Shown: positions 1-11,975 of the stretch, piece by piece
How positions within the stretch are numbered: position 1 is the stretch's first letter
How the letters are laid out: each line of letters starts with the position of its first letter
NCBI GenBank assembly: GCA_965240325.2
Contig: OZ251234.1
Coordinates: 930,001 to 994,000 of the forward strand
Length of the DNA stretch: 64,000 bases
Reading direction: 5' to 3'
Origin: Rebecca billardiae RCC1528
Taxonomy: Eukaryota > Protista > Haptophyta
The notes under the pieces: generated by a model
The model's input: only the letters and a program-made list of their open reading frames with translations
The model's database searches: none
What the model was told of the DNA's origin: nothing
Translations under genes and position numbers: made by a program

Positions 1-690
1 GAGACGATCGGAATCTGACGTCTGACGACTGTGACGTGTGCATGCAGCATGGCCATGCGCTTCGCGGCCGTGTCTGCCCGAGTGCCCGTGACTGAGACTC
101 AGGGCCGAATCCGGAACTTTGGCGGGCATCCGCGGGCCGAGACCCGAACGTGGCGAGTCCAACCCCCGAGACCGACAGAGCAGCGCAGTGGCGGAGTCCG
201 CGTTGGCAACCGTTACCAGCCAGCGGCCCACGGGCTGCTGGCGGCCGGGCAGTTAATATGATTATGTAAATACTATTAATAATATTTACAATAGCACTGT
301 ACCTCAGCTAGTGAACAGTGATGCCTGATGGCATGCCGTACGGCTTACAGTCACTCACTCAGTCAGTAGGGATGACGAGTTACTCCGTAGTCAAACGTGA
401 AACGAGTAACGACCGCCGCGCAAATAGATATAGGTAGGCCGAGTAGTTAGCCGAGGGATTAATCGAGTGAACTCTGATGACTGAGAGCTTGAGACCTCAG
501 TCAGGCGGCGGGCTGCCGCAATTGGCGCAATGACAGCCGCAAATCGCAATGCTATTGCTAATAATGCTTAGACGAGACGGCCCATGATGCAGTCGATCTC
601 ACTAATGATGCGCTTACGACGACGACTGCGGTACTTATTTATGCGGCTCGCGGCAATATGGTTCGTCGTCATTTCGTCGACGCTGCCTCA

Positions 691-942
691 AGGGCGTTCC
701 CGGGTCTTGCCACACGCTCCCGAAAGCAATGCCCCCCCCCCCGGGGGGGGGGGCATTTCTGTACCGGACTGAGGCGGGCCGTAATCAAATGTACCCGCTT
801 TGATATGAATTAGAAGTCTCAGTCTAAGCAGCCTAAGGAGTAAGGAGCTCATCATTTTAATAGGAAGATCCTATTCCTGCGGTTCGATTTAGCCGTTATT
901 AGCGCATGAGCACTCAGATCAGTGCGCGCGGGGAACGCCCCT
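691..942. mobile_element. Degenerate MITE, PIF/Harbinger-like
   Basis: Terminal inverted repeat AGGGCGTTCCC ... GGGAACGCCC(C)T, flanked by TCA on both sides (3-bp TNA target duplication). Internal palindrome aatgc(C)n(G)ngcatt near 728-757. Confidence 0.5.
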
Positions 943-1162
943 TCAGCGGGACAGCTACTGGGCCTAGTGGCTATAGTAATACTATACAGTAGACTCAGTA
1001 GTGATGAGTGAATTCGACGCCCGCCCCTTCAGGGACAGCTAGGGCCTAGTGGCTATATAGTGATGCGTGAATTCGACGCGCGAGTGTAACTGTAAGGCAC
1101 TCTGGGGCCAGCACTTCAACCGACTCAGACGTCACTGAGAGCAGCCCACTCGATGCGCCTCG

Positions 1163-2605
1163 TCATCTGCCGCCGCCGCCGTGGTGCGCGTTGCCGTTGG
1201 GCGCCCCGTTGCCGACGGCGGCACCGTCGGGCGAGGGCGCGCTCGAGACGCGGCCTGCGTTTGAGCCACGCCGAAGCCCGGCTGCGATCGAGCCGAAGCG
1301 GCTTGGCGCGGGCTGCTTGCTCAGCGGCTGCGCGCCGCGCGCGCCGGCGCGCGCCGGGCTGCCGTCCGTGCCCGCCGCCTCCTCGCGCAGCAGCCGCTGG
1401 TGCAGCGCGCGCTTGCCCCAGAACTTCTCGTACTTCTCCGTGTCCGGGTCGCGCTGCCGCAGGATCAGCTCGGTGTCCTCCTCGATGCTCACGCCGAACT
1501 GCTCGAGCGGCAGGTCGTTGGCGTCGGTGCCAAACGGGTTCTCGATCTCGCTCGCGACGGCGTTGATGCCGAGCAGCGCGAACGCGAGCAGCGTCGACAT
1601 GAACGGCGTGAACCCGCCGAACCGCCGCGCGAACGTGAAGGGCGCGGAGAAGACAAAGATGAGCAGCAGGAGGTTGAGCATCTGTACGTACGGGTACGGC
1701 AGCGGCGTGCGCGCGATCCGGTCGGCGGCCATCCACGCGCCGACGAGCTCGTTCAGCCGCTCCTCGACGATGCGCACGTCGTACTTGGTCAGCCGCCCCG
1801 CGCGCACCGACTCGTTCAGCCGGAACGAGAGCCACTGCGCGACGATCGAGACCCGATTCTTGAGCTTGCGCAGCACCTTGACCTCGTTGGGCGTCACCAT
1901 CGACATGTACGGCAGGGAGAGGTCGCGCCGCCGGGGCTCGAGCTCGAGGTGCTGCCGGATCACGGCGTACAGCATGTTGACTAGCCGGCGCAGCTCCGCG
2001 CGCTCGATCTGCGCCGCCTCGTCGTCGCCTGCGCGCGCGACCCCGCCACGCGCGCGGGCCGATCCGTCAGCGGCGGATCGTGCGCGCGAGGAGCGCGCCG
2101 CACCGCGGCACGCGCGCGCGCGCGGAGCACGCACCCTCGCAGTACGAGGCGATGAGGCGCATGATCTCGCGGCATGACTTGACAATCATGCCCACCGCGG
2201 AGCGGCCCTCCCTGCGGGTCAGTCACACGCGCACGGCGCGCACACTCATGAGGGGCGAAGCACAAAGCGACACGCGACGCCTGCGCGGCGCACATCAGGC
2301 GCGCGCGCGCACCAGTATCGTGCGTACGCGTTGTTGCTCCGGAAGATGAGCAGGAAGCCGAGCGGGAAGATGAGCATCGAGTGTATGTGGTTGTCCACAA
2401 CCTCCTCATCCGGGTCGTCCAAGCTCACGAGCGACGCGCCCAGGAAGTCGGCCGCTCGCCTCAGCACGACTCCGCGCACCGCGAGGAAGTAGGCGAAGAA
2501 GCCGAAGCCCACGGCGAGCAGCAGCTCGATGCGAATGGCGGGCACGACGGAGCCGCGCCAGCGGAAGAGGAGCATGAACCATTCCTTTGGGTCGTACACG
2601 ATCAT
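1163..2605 (-). CDS. Bestrophin-family anion channel (bacterial/YneE-like type), 3 exons
   Basis: Motifs MIVYDPKEW..RGSV, GFLLIFRSNNAYARYWEGR, RIARTPLPYPY, EIENPFGTDANDLPL. GT-AG introns at 2212-2312 and 2029-2134 join the ORFs in frame. Confidence 0.92.
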
Positions 2606-2803
2606 CGCTGCCCGCGACGATGGACTGTCTACCCACCGTTGCAAGCAAGCCGCTGCAACGTCCGAAGTCCGAACCGAGGACGATGGCACCCCCTTGATGG
2701 CGGCGCCGTGGCAAATCAAACTGCTGCTTGCTGACGAGACTGGAGACTCGGCGCGAGAAGCCATCATCGGGATGGCAGGCCGCTGCTAGCCCGCCACGAC
2801 GGC

Positions 2804-5800
2804 ATGGGCACTCCGACGGTGCGGTGCGAGTGGGCGCTGGGCGCACACGTGCCCGACCTGCAGCCTCGGACGGGCCACACCGTCGTGCGCCTCGCTGGCG
2901 GCGAGCGCGTGCTCGTGCTCGGCGGCGCGACGCGCGGGCTCTGTCCGACCGATGCGCTGATTGTCGAGCACGCGCACGGCGCGCACTGGCTGGTGCCCGC
3001 CGCAGGCCCATGCCCCGCGCGCCGGATGGCGCACACGGCCAGCCTCATCGAGCGCCGCGACGCCGTCCTCCTCTTCGGCGGCGGCAACGGCAAGCAACTG
3101 TTCGCAGACCTCTGGGCGTTGCAGCTCGCACGCTCGTCCCTCGAGCGCGGCGGGCAGGCGGTGTGGGAGCAGCTCGTCTGCGCGGGCGAGGCGCCGGCCG
3201 CGCGGATGGGGCACACCGCGTGCGTGCTCCCCGGCGAGCGCACGCTCGCCCTCTTCGGCGGCTTCGTCGAGCGCGCCGACAAGCGCGGCGGCGCGTACTC
3301 GGCGCAGCTCGTGCTTCTGCATGTCGAGACTCTCACGTGGTCGGCGCTGCGCGAGGGCGCGGTGGGCTCGGCGATGGGCGTCGGCGCGCACGCGGCCGCG
3401 CCGCTCCGCGGCCGCCTCGGCGCCGCCGCCGCGACGTGCGCCGGCCTCGGCGTCGTCTTTGGCGGCGGCTCAGGCGGGCGGGCGCTTGATGAGCTCCTAC
3501 TGATTCGGCCCATGCCGCCGCCGCCGCCGCCGCCGCCGCCGATGGTGGCAGGGGCGGAGGGCGAGGGCGGCGCGCACGGCGGGGCCGCGCCGTCGACGGC
3601 GTCCTCGCGGGGCGAGAGCGTCGTGCTCGAGCTCGCCCGCGCCTCGGGGGCCGCGCCGCGCGCGCGCATGCACGGCGCGGCCCTCGCGGTCGGCGCACAC
3701 GTGTTGCTGGTGGGCGGCGAGGACGGGCAGACGGCAGTTGGGGGCGTGGACGTGCTGTGTGTGCCCACGCTGGTGTGGAGCACGCCCGCGCACGTCGCGC
3801 TGCCGAGGCCGCCGCCCGCCGGGCTCGCGCTCGTCACGCGCTCCAAGCACGCCCTCGTCGTGCTCCGTAGCAGCGGCGGCGCTGCCGACGCGAGTGCGCT
3901 TTGGTCGGCCGCCGGCGCGGGCGGCGCGTCAGGCGCGGCGGCGGGTTCGCTCCCAGCGGAGGAGGCGGCGGTGAGTCCGGCGGTGAGTCCGGCTGCGGTG
4001 GAGGTCCTCGTGCTGGGCGGCATCGGCTCGGAGAGCGGTGGCGCGCGCGGCGCGACTGCCGCCGCGCCCGCCGCGGCCGGCGCAGTCGGCGGCGGCGAGC
4101 AGCTGCTGAGACTACGGGTGCTGCTGCTGCCGCCGCCGCCTCCGCCGCCGCCCCAGCGTCAGCCGCAGCCGCAGCCGGTGCCACCGCCGCAGCCGGCGGC
4201 AGCGGCGGCGGCGCTTCAGAGCGCGCCACCGCCGCCTCCGCCCGCGCACTCGCCGCCGCCCACGCCGGCCGCCATGCCGGACGCACCGCCGCCATCGCGC
4301 GCCGCGCCGCCACCCCCGCCACCGACTGCATCGGCCGTGCCGTCGTCCCATCTCGTCAGCTCGGATGTGCCGCCGCCGCCGCCGCCGCGCCCTCGGCCTG
4401 CGCCGCAGCACGCGTCGGCCCAGCCGCCCTCCGGCGCGCACACGGCGGGGGCGCCGTCGCCCGACTCGCCCAGCTCGCTCGCCGAGCTCGGCCCGTTGCG
4501 CACGCCCTCGCCGCCGGCCGTCGGCGGCAGGGCGAGCCGCGGCGCTGCCCGGTCACCCGGCGGCGGCTCGGGAGCTGGCGGCTCCGCCGAGCACGATGCC
4601 AGATCCGAGCGCTCTTCGGACGAGAAGATCTCGCGGTGGAGATCGATGCTGGCGGAGGCGAGGTCGGGCGTGACCTCGCCCGGGCCGTCAGAGCACGAGC
4701 GCGCAGAGCCGCGGCCTGTCGGCAGCGGTGCGTCGAGCGCGCCGCTGCCGCGGCCATCGCCACCGCCGATCGCCGCTGGCAGCCGCGCGGTGTCGGCGGA
4801 CGACGAACAGCGCGGCTCCGGCCGGCAGCGCGCGCGCTCGGTGCGGCCGGTGCGCGCGGCAGCAGGCGGCGCGGGTGGCGCGCCCGACTTGGCGGCGCAC
4901 GCGCAGTACCCGCCGATGCCGGCCGCGTGGCCGCTGCCACCGACTGCGCTCGCGTGCGCCACGGCGCCCGGCAGCCATGCTGATGCACCCGGCAGCCATG
5001 CTGATCTCAGCGCGAGAAGCGGCGCGGCGGCGGCGGCGGCGGCGGCGGCCCCGCAGCCGTACCCGCCTCCGCGCCGGCCGCCGGCGTCGGTGAGCTCGGC
5101 GGAGGAGGAGGCGGCGTCGTCGACGGGCGCGGGCTCGGCGCTCGGTGCGCCCTCTGCGTTGAGCGGCCGGTCGCCAAACCACTCCGCCCCCGCGCCCGGC
5201 GGCGCCCGCGCTCGGCTCCAGACCGAGCTCGGCGCCGCGCGCTCCGAGACCTTGGCCGCGCAGGAGGCGGCAGGGACGGCGCACGGCCGCGCGGTGCGCG
5301 CGGCGCAGGAGCTCGCCGAGACTCGCGACGCGCTCCGCCGCGTGCGGCTCGAGCTCGGCGCGGCGAGCTCCGCGCGCGCGCAGGCGGACGCGCGCGCCGC
5401 CGCCGCTGTCGCCGAGCGCGCCGCCGAGCGCGAGCGTATGCAGGCGGCGCTGGCGGAGTTGCGGGCGCAGCTGGCGGGCGCGAAGGCGTCCGCGGCGCGC
5501 GCCAAGGGGCGCGCGGCCGCGGCGGAGCGGGCGTGCGCGGAGCACGCCGCCGCGGCGGAGGCGCGCGAGGCCGAGGCGGCGGAGCTGCGCGGCCGATGCG
5601 CATCGCTTGTGCGGGTGGCCCAGCAGGTGCGTGTGTGCGCGCGCGCGCCACCCATCACACAACGCGCGCGCACACGAGTGCAGACGCGCGCGCGCGCGCC
5701 GCGCCGGCATTGGCGGCGGCGTGCGCCGCGGGCTCGCGCCGTGTGTGCGCCCTTTGCTCACGCCCCGGCCGTTCGGCACTTGCTGGCGCGCCGCGCCGAC

Positions 5801-6714
5801 CCACCGCAGGCGCATGAGGCGGATCAGGCTGCCATCTCCGAGCTGGGTGCCGAGGCCGCGCTGCTGCGCGACACGCTGCGAGAGGTGCGGCGCGTGCGGC
5901 AGGGTGGCGCTCGGCAGAGCGCGCGCGCGGCTGGGCGGGGAGGGCGGGTCCGGCGGTGCTGGGCGCGCGCGCAAGCGCAAGCGCAAGCGATCGCATGGGC
6001 GGGCGGGCGCGATTGCGCGCGCACGCGTGCGGCCGCGTGGCGGGCGCGTGCCTTGCCTGTCGGCCGCTGATGCCGTGTCGCGCCCGCCCCCGCGCCGCGC
6101 CGCCCCCGTCGTGCTGACGAGCGCAGGCGCAGCAGCAGCACGCCCTCGCCGCCTCCGAGCTCGAGTCCGACAACCTCGCACTGCGCGAGGCGCTGTCGCA
6201 GGCGCGCCCGTCCGAGGCGCCTCGCCTCGACATCGACTTGTTGCTGCGCACGCGCGCCGCCGACCGCACGCCGCGCGGCAGTGGCGAGGGCGGGCGGCCG
6301 GGCGGCGTCGGAGGCGGCGCGGGCTCGACGAGCCCCGGCGGCGGCGGCGGCGCGCGCGGCCGCTGGGCGGCCGTGCGCTCGGCCACGCTGCCGCTCGCAA
6401 CCCTCTCCGCCCGCATCGCCGAGCTGAGCGAGCAGCTGCGCACGCAAGGCGCCGAGCGCCGAGCGATCGAGCTCGTGGGCGCGCGCGCGCTCATCGACGC
6501 GGACGCGGAGCTCGGGCGGACGCACGCGCGCTGCGCGGAGCTGAGGAGCAGCGTGGACACGCTCGGCTCCGAAGCGCGCGCCGCGCACGCCGCCGCGAGC
6601 GCGGCGGCCGCCGCGGCCGCCGCGGCCGCCGCCGGCGGCTCGGGCGGAGGCTCGCACAGCCGGCGCTCCCGCTCCCGGTCGCTTAGCGGAGCGGGCGCGG
6701 ACGCGGCGGCGGTG

Positions 6715-6746
<32 letters not shown>

Positions 6747-7737
6747 GCCGCCGCGCGCCGAGCGCTGGGTGCAGACGGATCTGGACCGGGACGAGCGCGA
6801 GGCCGCGGCCGCTGCCGTAGAGGAGGCGGTGGCGCGCGCGGTCGCGGCCGAGCGCACGCTTGGCGCGGTGCAGGCCGCGGGCGGGGGCGCGGCCGCGGTG
6901 GGCGCCGCCATCGCCGCCGCGACGTTGGACGCAGAGGCTGAGATTAGAGACCTCCGGGCGAGCGCGCTGCGCACGCGCGCCGAGCTCGCCGAGGCGCGCG
7001 CGGCGGTGGCGGTGGCGGAGGCGCGCGCGGAGGTGGCCGCCGCGCGCGCGCCGCCGCGCCCGCCGCCCGCCTCGCCGCCCTCCGCCGCCGCGCCGGCCTC
7101 GCCGCCCACGCCGCACGCGCTGCGCGCCGCCGAGCGCCGCGCCGCCGAGGCTGACGGCTTGGTCGCCCATCTCAAGGAGATGTATGTGCGCAAGGCGGCG
7201 GAGGCGGAGCGGCTTCGCGACGCGCTCGCGGCGTCCGCGCGAGCGCGCGCCGAGGAGGCGGCGTCGCCGCCGCGCCGCGACGCCGCGCCGACGCCCGCGC
7301 CGCCCGAGGCGGCGGACGCCGCCACGGACGCGACTGGGGACCAATGGGCATCAGCCAAGAGCGCGCGCCCGCAGCCGCCGCCGGGCGCGCGCGTCGTCCG
7401 CATCCAGCTGAGCGGCGCTCGCTCAGAGTCTGACGGCGCCGACGGCGGCGCCGCGCGGCCGGACGGCTCCCCGGGTGCGCGCGAGGCCGGCGCCGCGGCC
7501 TTCGCCTCGCCGCACCAACCGCCGCCCCTCGAGCTGCGGCTGCAGCTCTCGGCAGATCGGTGCGCGCACGCCGAGGCGCTTGTGCACCGGATGCGAGCCT
7601 TCCTGCGCGCGGAGGCGGACGCGTGGGAGTCGGCGGAGGCGCAGTTCGGCGGCGCGGCGCGCGGGGCGGCCGCGGCTGGCGCGCAGCAGCACCGCTCGCC
7701 GACGAGGAAGCTGCGACAGCCGCCCATGCGCATGTGA
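2804..7737 (+). CDS. Kelch-repeat protein with Pro-rich linker and C-terminal coiled coils, 3 exons
   Basis: Kelch repeats PRTGHT..LVLGG, RMAHTA..LLFGG, RMGHTA..LFGG, RMHGA..LVGG. Introns at 5627-5809 and 5885-6126 link ORF 2804 to ORF 6238-7737 in frame. Confidence 0.8.
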
Positions 7738-7950
7738 GCAGGAGGGCGGAGGGCGGGGCGCGCCAACATCATCGCGCAGCTGCGAGCGCCCATCATGCCG
7801 GCCGATATCGGCATGCTGGCTGCTACTTGCTGACACTGCTGTGATGACTTGGTGAGTATTATTACTCATCAGCGGACTATATATATGTGCGCGCAGCATA
7901 TATGCTATATATATGCGCCGCTTCAATCTTTGTGCAGGAGGACACACATT

Positions 7951-8060
<110 letters not shown>

Positions 8061-8731
8061 GGGTTGTTGGCACTGCTGACAATAACTGATTGTCTTTATA
8101 GTCTTTAGAAGAGGACGGTACGTGGGAGCGCAATGCGCCGTATCAACACCTGCCTGCCATTCGGCCCGAGCCAGGCGGCCGAGCTCAAGTCCGGCTGCCA
8201 TCTTGGCCACCCTCTTCAGTCTTCTCGTGCCACCGGAGGGACTTTCGTCTTTCGAGCCTGCTCTGTGCGCTCGCACAACGACCCTGAACAACCTACTCGC
8301 TGTGATGCTCCTGGGCCTTAGGCAAATAGGCAAGGTTGGCGGCGGCACAGGACAGCCAATTGGTGAACTGGATTTTTTTTCATCAGGCGCCGAGCGAACC
8401 GACGCAGTCCAGTGCCTCTCGCTCACTCGCAGCGAACGCCCTGGCGGAAGTGCCCACTGGCATGATGGCTGCAGCTGTTTCCGGCCCGCATCTTCGCGAT
8501 GCCCTCTGCACGATGGTGCTTCGTGCCTTGCTCTCGTGCGGCTTGGCGGCTTTCGAGCTGCGCCTTCCAAGCTGCTGGCTGCCGCTCGCACTTTGTTTCC
8601 GAGGAACAAAATCCCATATGATACAATGTATAAAGTCTGGTATCTTGCCGCGTGGCTCCGCCCTGCCCGGCGTGTGCCTCGCCTCCTCGCTGCCGATCTG
8701 GATGGCGCAGGCGCTTCGAGGACGGCTAGGC

Positions 8732-8736
<5 letters not shown>

Positions 8737-8829
<93 letters not shown>

Positions 8830-8851
8830 CACGATATATATATATATATAT
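8737..8851. repeat. (TA)n microsatellite, interrupted once
   Basis: Directly visible in the sequence. Confidence 0.98.
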
Positions 8852-8930
8852 TTAATAAATTGATCTGCTGCAGCATGCCGCGTGCAGGCAATGATCTGAG
8901 CCCGACTGAGGTGTGCATTGGAGTCATCAG

Positions 8931-9039
<109 letters not shown>

Positions 9040-9263
9040 CTGATCATCGACGAGATTCGTACGACGACAATTTCAGCGCAGCGACAGCATGAGGCTGAGC
9101 AGTACGGGAACGTGTGAGTCAGTCTCAGATGAGTAGCACGACTATACGACTACTGCTGTCCCATCGTCAGGGCCGGACGATATAGGGGCACGACGACTGC
9201 TGAGACGCGCGCGCGGCTCGTCGTCGTCGTCGTCGACTCGTCGAGTGGCAGTCAGATGTCGCG

Positions 9264-11321
9264 TCACCGCTGATGCTGATACTGATGATGACGGCGGGGA
9301 CGCCCCCAGCGATACTCGTCGATGAAGTGCGCGCACGCGTGCCTGTCCGCGAGGTGCTCGGGCGCGAGCCCGACGCCCGCCCTCGCCGCCAGCCGCATGG
9401 CGAGCAGCAGCTGCGCATCCGACGGTGCACCCGGCCACACACTGCCGCTGCTGGCGGTGGCAGCGGCGCCTGCCATGTGGACTGGCGCGTGGCGCGCCGA
9501 GGCACCGCCGCCCGGCAGATCGGCTGCATGGCCCGCCGGTGCAGCGTGCGCCGCGTGCGTTGCGCCCGCGAGCGCGCCGCGGCGCGCGGCATCGGCGCCG
9601 CCCGTCGGCTCCTCGCCCGCGCACAGCCCCTGCGCGCGCAGTGGACACTCTGCGCAGCGCGGCTCGTGCGCGCACATCGTCTGCCCCAGGCCGACTAGAA
9701 GCGGGTTGAGTGGCGCCCACAGCTTGCGCGGCAGCCACGCCTCGAGGGCGAGGCGCGTCTTCCCGGCGGACGCGCCGCGCGGGGCCCAGCCCAGCCGCTG
9801 CGCCACGCGCTGCACGTGCGTGTCCACGCCGATCCCGTGCACGTCGCCCCATGCCACCTGTGTGTACAGATGGGCCACTTTCGGCCCTACCCCTGGCAGA
9901 GCCTGCACGGCGCTCAGCTCGCGCGGCGGCTCGCCGCCCGCGTCGAGCGCGGCGCGCGCGCACTCGAGGGCGTACCGCGCCTTGTTCCGCCAGAACATCA
10001 CGCCCGCGTCTCGCAGCGCGAGCTCGACGTCCGCGGGCTCGAGCGCGACGAGGGCGGACGCGCTCAGCTCGCCGCCGCACAGCGCAGACAGCGCGGCCAC
10101 GCCGCGCGCCGTGTGCTCGTCCTGAGTGCGCGCCGAGAGCACGAGGGCCACCAGCGTCTGGAAGCGGAAGGTGGGCGGCGGCGCGGTGCGGTCGCCGAGG
10201 GTATGGCAGCCCACCACGTCCACCGGCGCCTGCGTGCGCGCGCGGTACGCTTCGATGGCGTCGAGCTGCGCGCGCCAGCGCGGCGGCGCGCCCGCGCCGG
10301 CCGCGCCCTCCGCTGCCGCGCGCTCGACGGCGGCGCCGCCCGCCGCCGGCGTGGAGACAGCTGCGTCGCCGGCCGCCCCGCCGGCGGCGTCCGGCCGCGG
10401 AGCGGGGGAGTGCTCGCTCGGCGAGGCCACGACCGCGCCACCTGCGCCACTGCCGCCCGCGGCGGCAGCAGCGTCGGCGCGCGGCGCGCGAGGCGTCGGC
10501 GCAGCGCCGCGCAGCACAACAGCCCACGCCACCGGTGCCGCGCCACGCGAGCTGAGGTAATCGTTCGCGCGGCTGAAGTAGCGGCCGCCGAAGAAGCCGC
10601 CGCGGTTGGCGCCGAGCGGCGAGGGGTGCGTGCCCTCGAGCACGAGGTGTGCGGACGCGTCGATCAGCCGCGCCTTCCTCCGCGCCGCCGCGCCCCACAG
10701 GATAAAGACGAGACCGCTGCGCCGCGCAGAGAGCGCGGAGACAGCGGCGTCTGTGAGCGTCTCCCAGCCGCGGCCTGCGTGCGAGGCGGGCGCGCTCGCG
10801 CGCACGCTGAGCACCGTGTTGAGGAGGAGCACGCCGTCGTCCGCCCACGCGCCCAGGTCACCGCCCTGCGCGCCGCCCTCGCCCTCGCCCAGGTCTTCGC
10901 TCAGCTCGCGCAGGATGTTGCGAAGCGACGGCGGCGGCATGACGCCGCGCGGCACCGAGAAGGCGAGGCCATGGGCCTGACCGGGCTGATGGTACGGGTC
11001 CTGGCCGAGGATGACGCAGCGGACACACTCGAACGGCGTGCGAGCGAACGCGGCGAACGTCTGCTCCTCCGGCGGGAACACGGGCGCGCGCGCGCGCTCT
11101 TCGCGCACAAAGGCCTCGAGCGCTTTCAGCTCGGCGCTCTCCAGCTCCGGGCGCAGCGCCGCTGCCCATGACGGCTCGATGGCGCCCTCCCACGCAGCGG
11201 AGGGCGGCGCTGCTGCGGATGCGCGCAGGTGGCGCACGCGTGCGCCGGCCAGCCCCGCCCGCACGTGGGCCACTCGCGCGAGAGGGATGAGCGTGAGGGT
11301 CGCAACCACCGCCATCGTCAT
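9264..11321 (-). CDS. Fusion of family-1 uracil-DNA glycosylase and endonuclease III (Nth, HhH-GPD, 4Fe-4S), with putative organelle presequence
   Basis: Single open frame. UNG motifs GQDPYH, AHGLAFS, PPSLRNI, VLLLN, HPSPL. Nth motifs APVD..GC, RFQTLVALVLS, LPGVGPK, GIGVDTHVQR and a 4-Cys cluster (C..PRCAECPL...LC). Start is ATG 11321 or 11315. Confidence 0.93.
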   Translation of the reverse strand: MTMAVVATLTLIPLARVAHVRAGLAGARVRHLRASAAAPPSAAWEGAIEPSWAAALRPELESAELKALEAFVREERARAPVFPPEEQTFAAFARTPFECVRCVILGQDPYHQPGQAHGLAFSVPRGVMPPPSLRNILRELSEDLGEGEGGAQGGDLGAWADDGVLLLNTVLSVRASAPASHAGRGWETLTDAAVSALSARRSGLVFILWGAAARRKARLIDASAHLVLEGTHPSPLGANRGGFFGGRYFSRANDYLSSRGAAPVAWAVVLRGAAPTPRAPRADAAAAAGGSGAGGAVVASPSEHSPAPRPDAAGGAAGDAAVSTPAAGGAAVERAAAEGAAGAGAPPRWRAQLDAIEAYRARTQAPVDVVGCHTLGDRTAPPPTFRFQTLVALVLSARTQDEHTARGVAALSALCGGELSASALVALEPADVELALRDAGVMFWRNKARYALECARAALDAGGEPPRELSAVQALPGVGPKVAHLYTQVAWGDVHGIGVDTHVQRVAQRLGWAPRGASAGKTRLALEAWLPRKLWAPLNPLLVGLGQTMCAHEPRCAECPLRAQGLCAGEEPTGGADAARRGALAGATHAAHAAPAGHAADLPGGGASARHAPVHMAGAAATASSGSVWPGAPSDAQLLLAMRLAARAGVGLAPEHLADRHACAHFIDEYRWGRPRRHHQYQHQR

Positions 11322-11375
11322 GGTTTTCGCGCGGCCCGTTTGTCTGCACGCTCCGTGCGTTCGTGCAGCAGCGAA

Positions 11376-11975
11376 ATGGCGATGACGTCGCTCACGGCAA
11401 TGCTTGCTATCGGCTTCGCAGGCCACCCGCCGCGGCTGCATCTGGCGCGTGCGCGGACGCTCGGGCAACCCATGGGGACACGTGTGAACGCCATCATGGC
11501 CGATGACGAGCAGGTCTCGCGCGCGAAGGGCTTTGGCGCGGACGCGGAGGCGCGCGCAGCCAAGAAGCTGGACGCGCTGCGCACGCCGGAGCAGCGCAAG
11601 CGGCTGGAGCAGAAGGCAGAGCGCCTGGAGCTCGAGGAAATGGTTCGCGAGGAAGGGCTCGACCAGATCCCGGAGGCCGTCAGCGATCGGATGATGAATC
11701 GCATGCTCACCTTCCTCGGCGTGCCGCTCTTCCTCGGTGTGGCCTCGTTTGTTGGCTTCATCGTTGCCGCACGCGTCTTCGACACGACTGTCCGACCGAC
11801 AACCGTCGCGACGACGACTCAGGCCATCTTCGCGCTCGCACTGATCGGCATCACATACGGCCCGCTCTCCGCCTCTTGGGACGAGGATCGCGAGGGGAGC
11901 TTCTTCGGCTTCGAGGAGGTGAAGAAGAACATCGACAGCCTGTTCGAGTCGATGAAGTCTGATGTGACGAAATGA
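11376..11975 (+). CDS. PAM68: PAM68-like photosystem II assembly factor (DUF3464)
   Basis: IPEAVSDRM..RM, two transmembrane helices, GITYGPLSASWD..REGS.FG.EE...N. N-terminus looks like a plastid-targeting presequence. Confidence 0.9.
   Translation: MAMTSLTAMLAIGFAGHPPRLHLARARTLGQPMGTRVNAIMADDEQVSRAKGFGADAEARAAKKLDALRTPEQRKRLEQKAERLELEEMVREEGLDQIPEAVSDRMMNRMLTFLGVPLFLGVASFVGFIVAARVFDTTVRPTTVATTTQAIFALALIGITYGPLSASWDEDREGSFFGFEEVKKNIDSLFESMKSDVTK

Noticed and set aside
2764-7814. Long antisense and alternative-frame ORFs (e.g. 2764-4023, 4216-5673, 5655-7814; likewise 14683-16824, 62091-63857)
   Set aside because: Arg/Ala/Pro-rich shadows of real genes, expected at this GC content, with no motifs.
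11322-11468. Longer N-terminus for UNG-Nth (ORF from 11468) and for PAM68 (ORF from 11229)
   Set aside because: These use non-ATG starts and overlap the opposite gene. ATGs at 11321/11315 and 11376 give sensible presequences.
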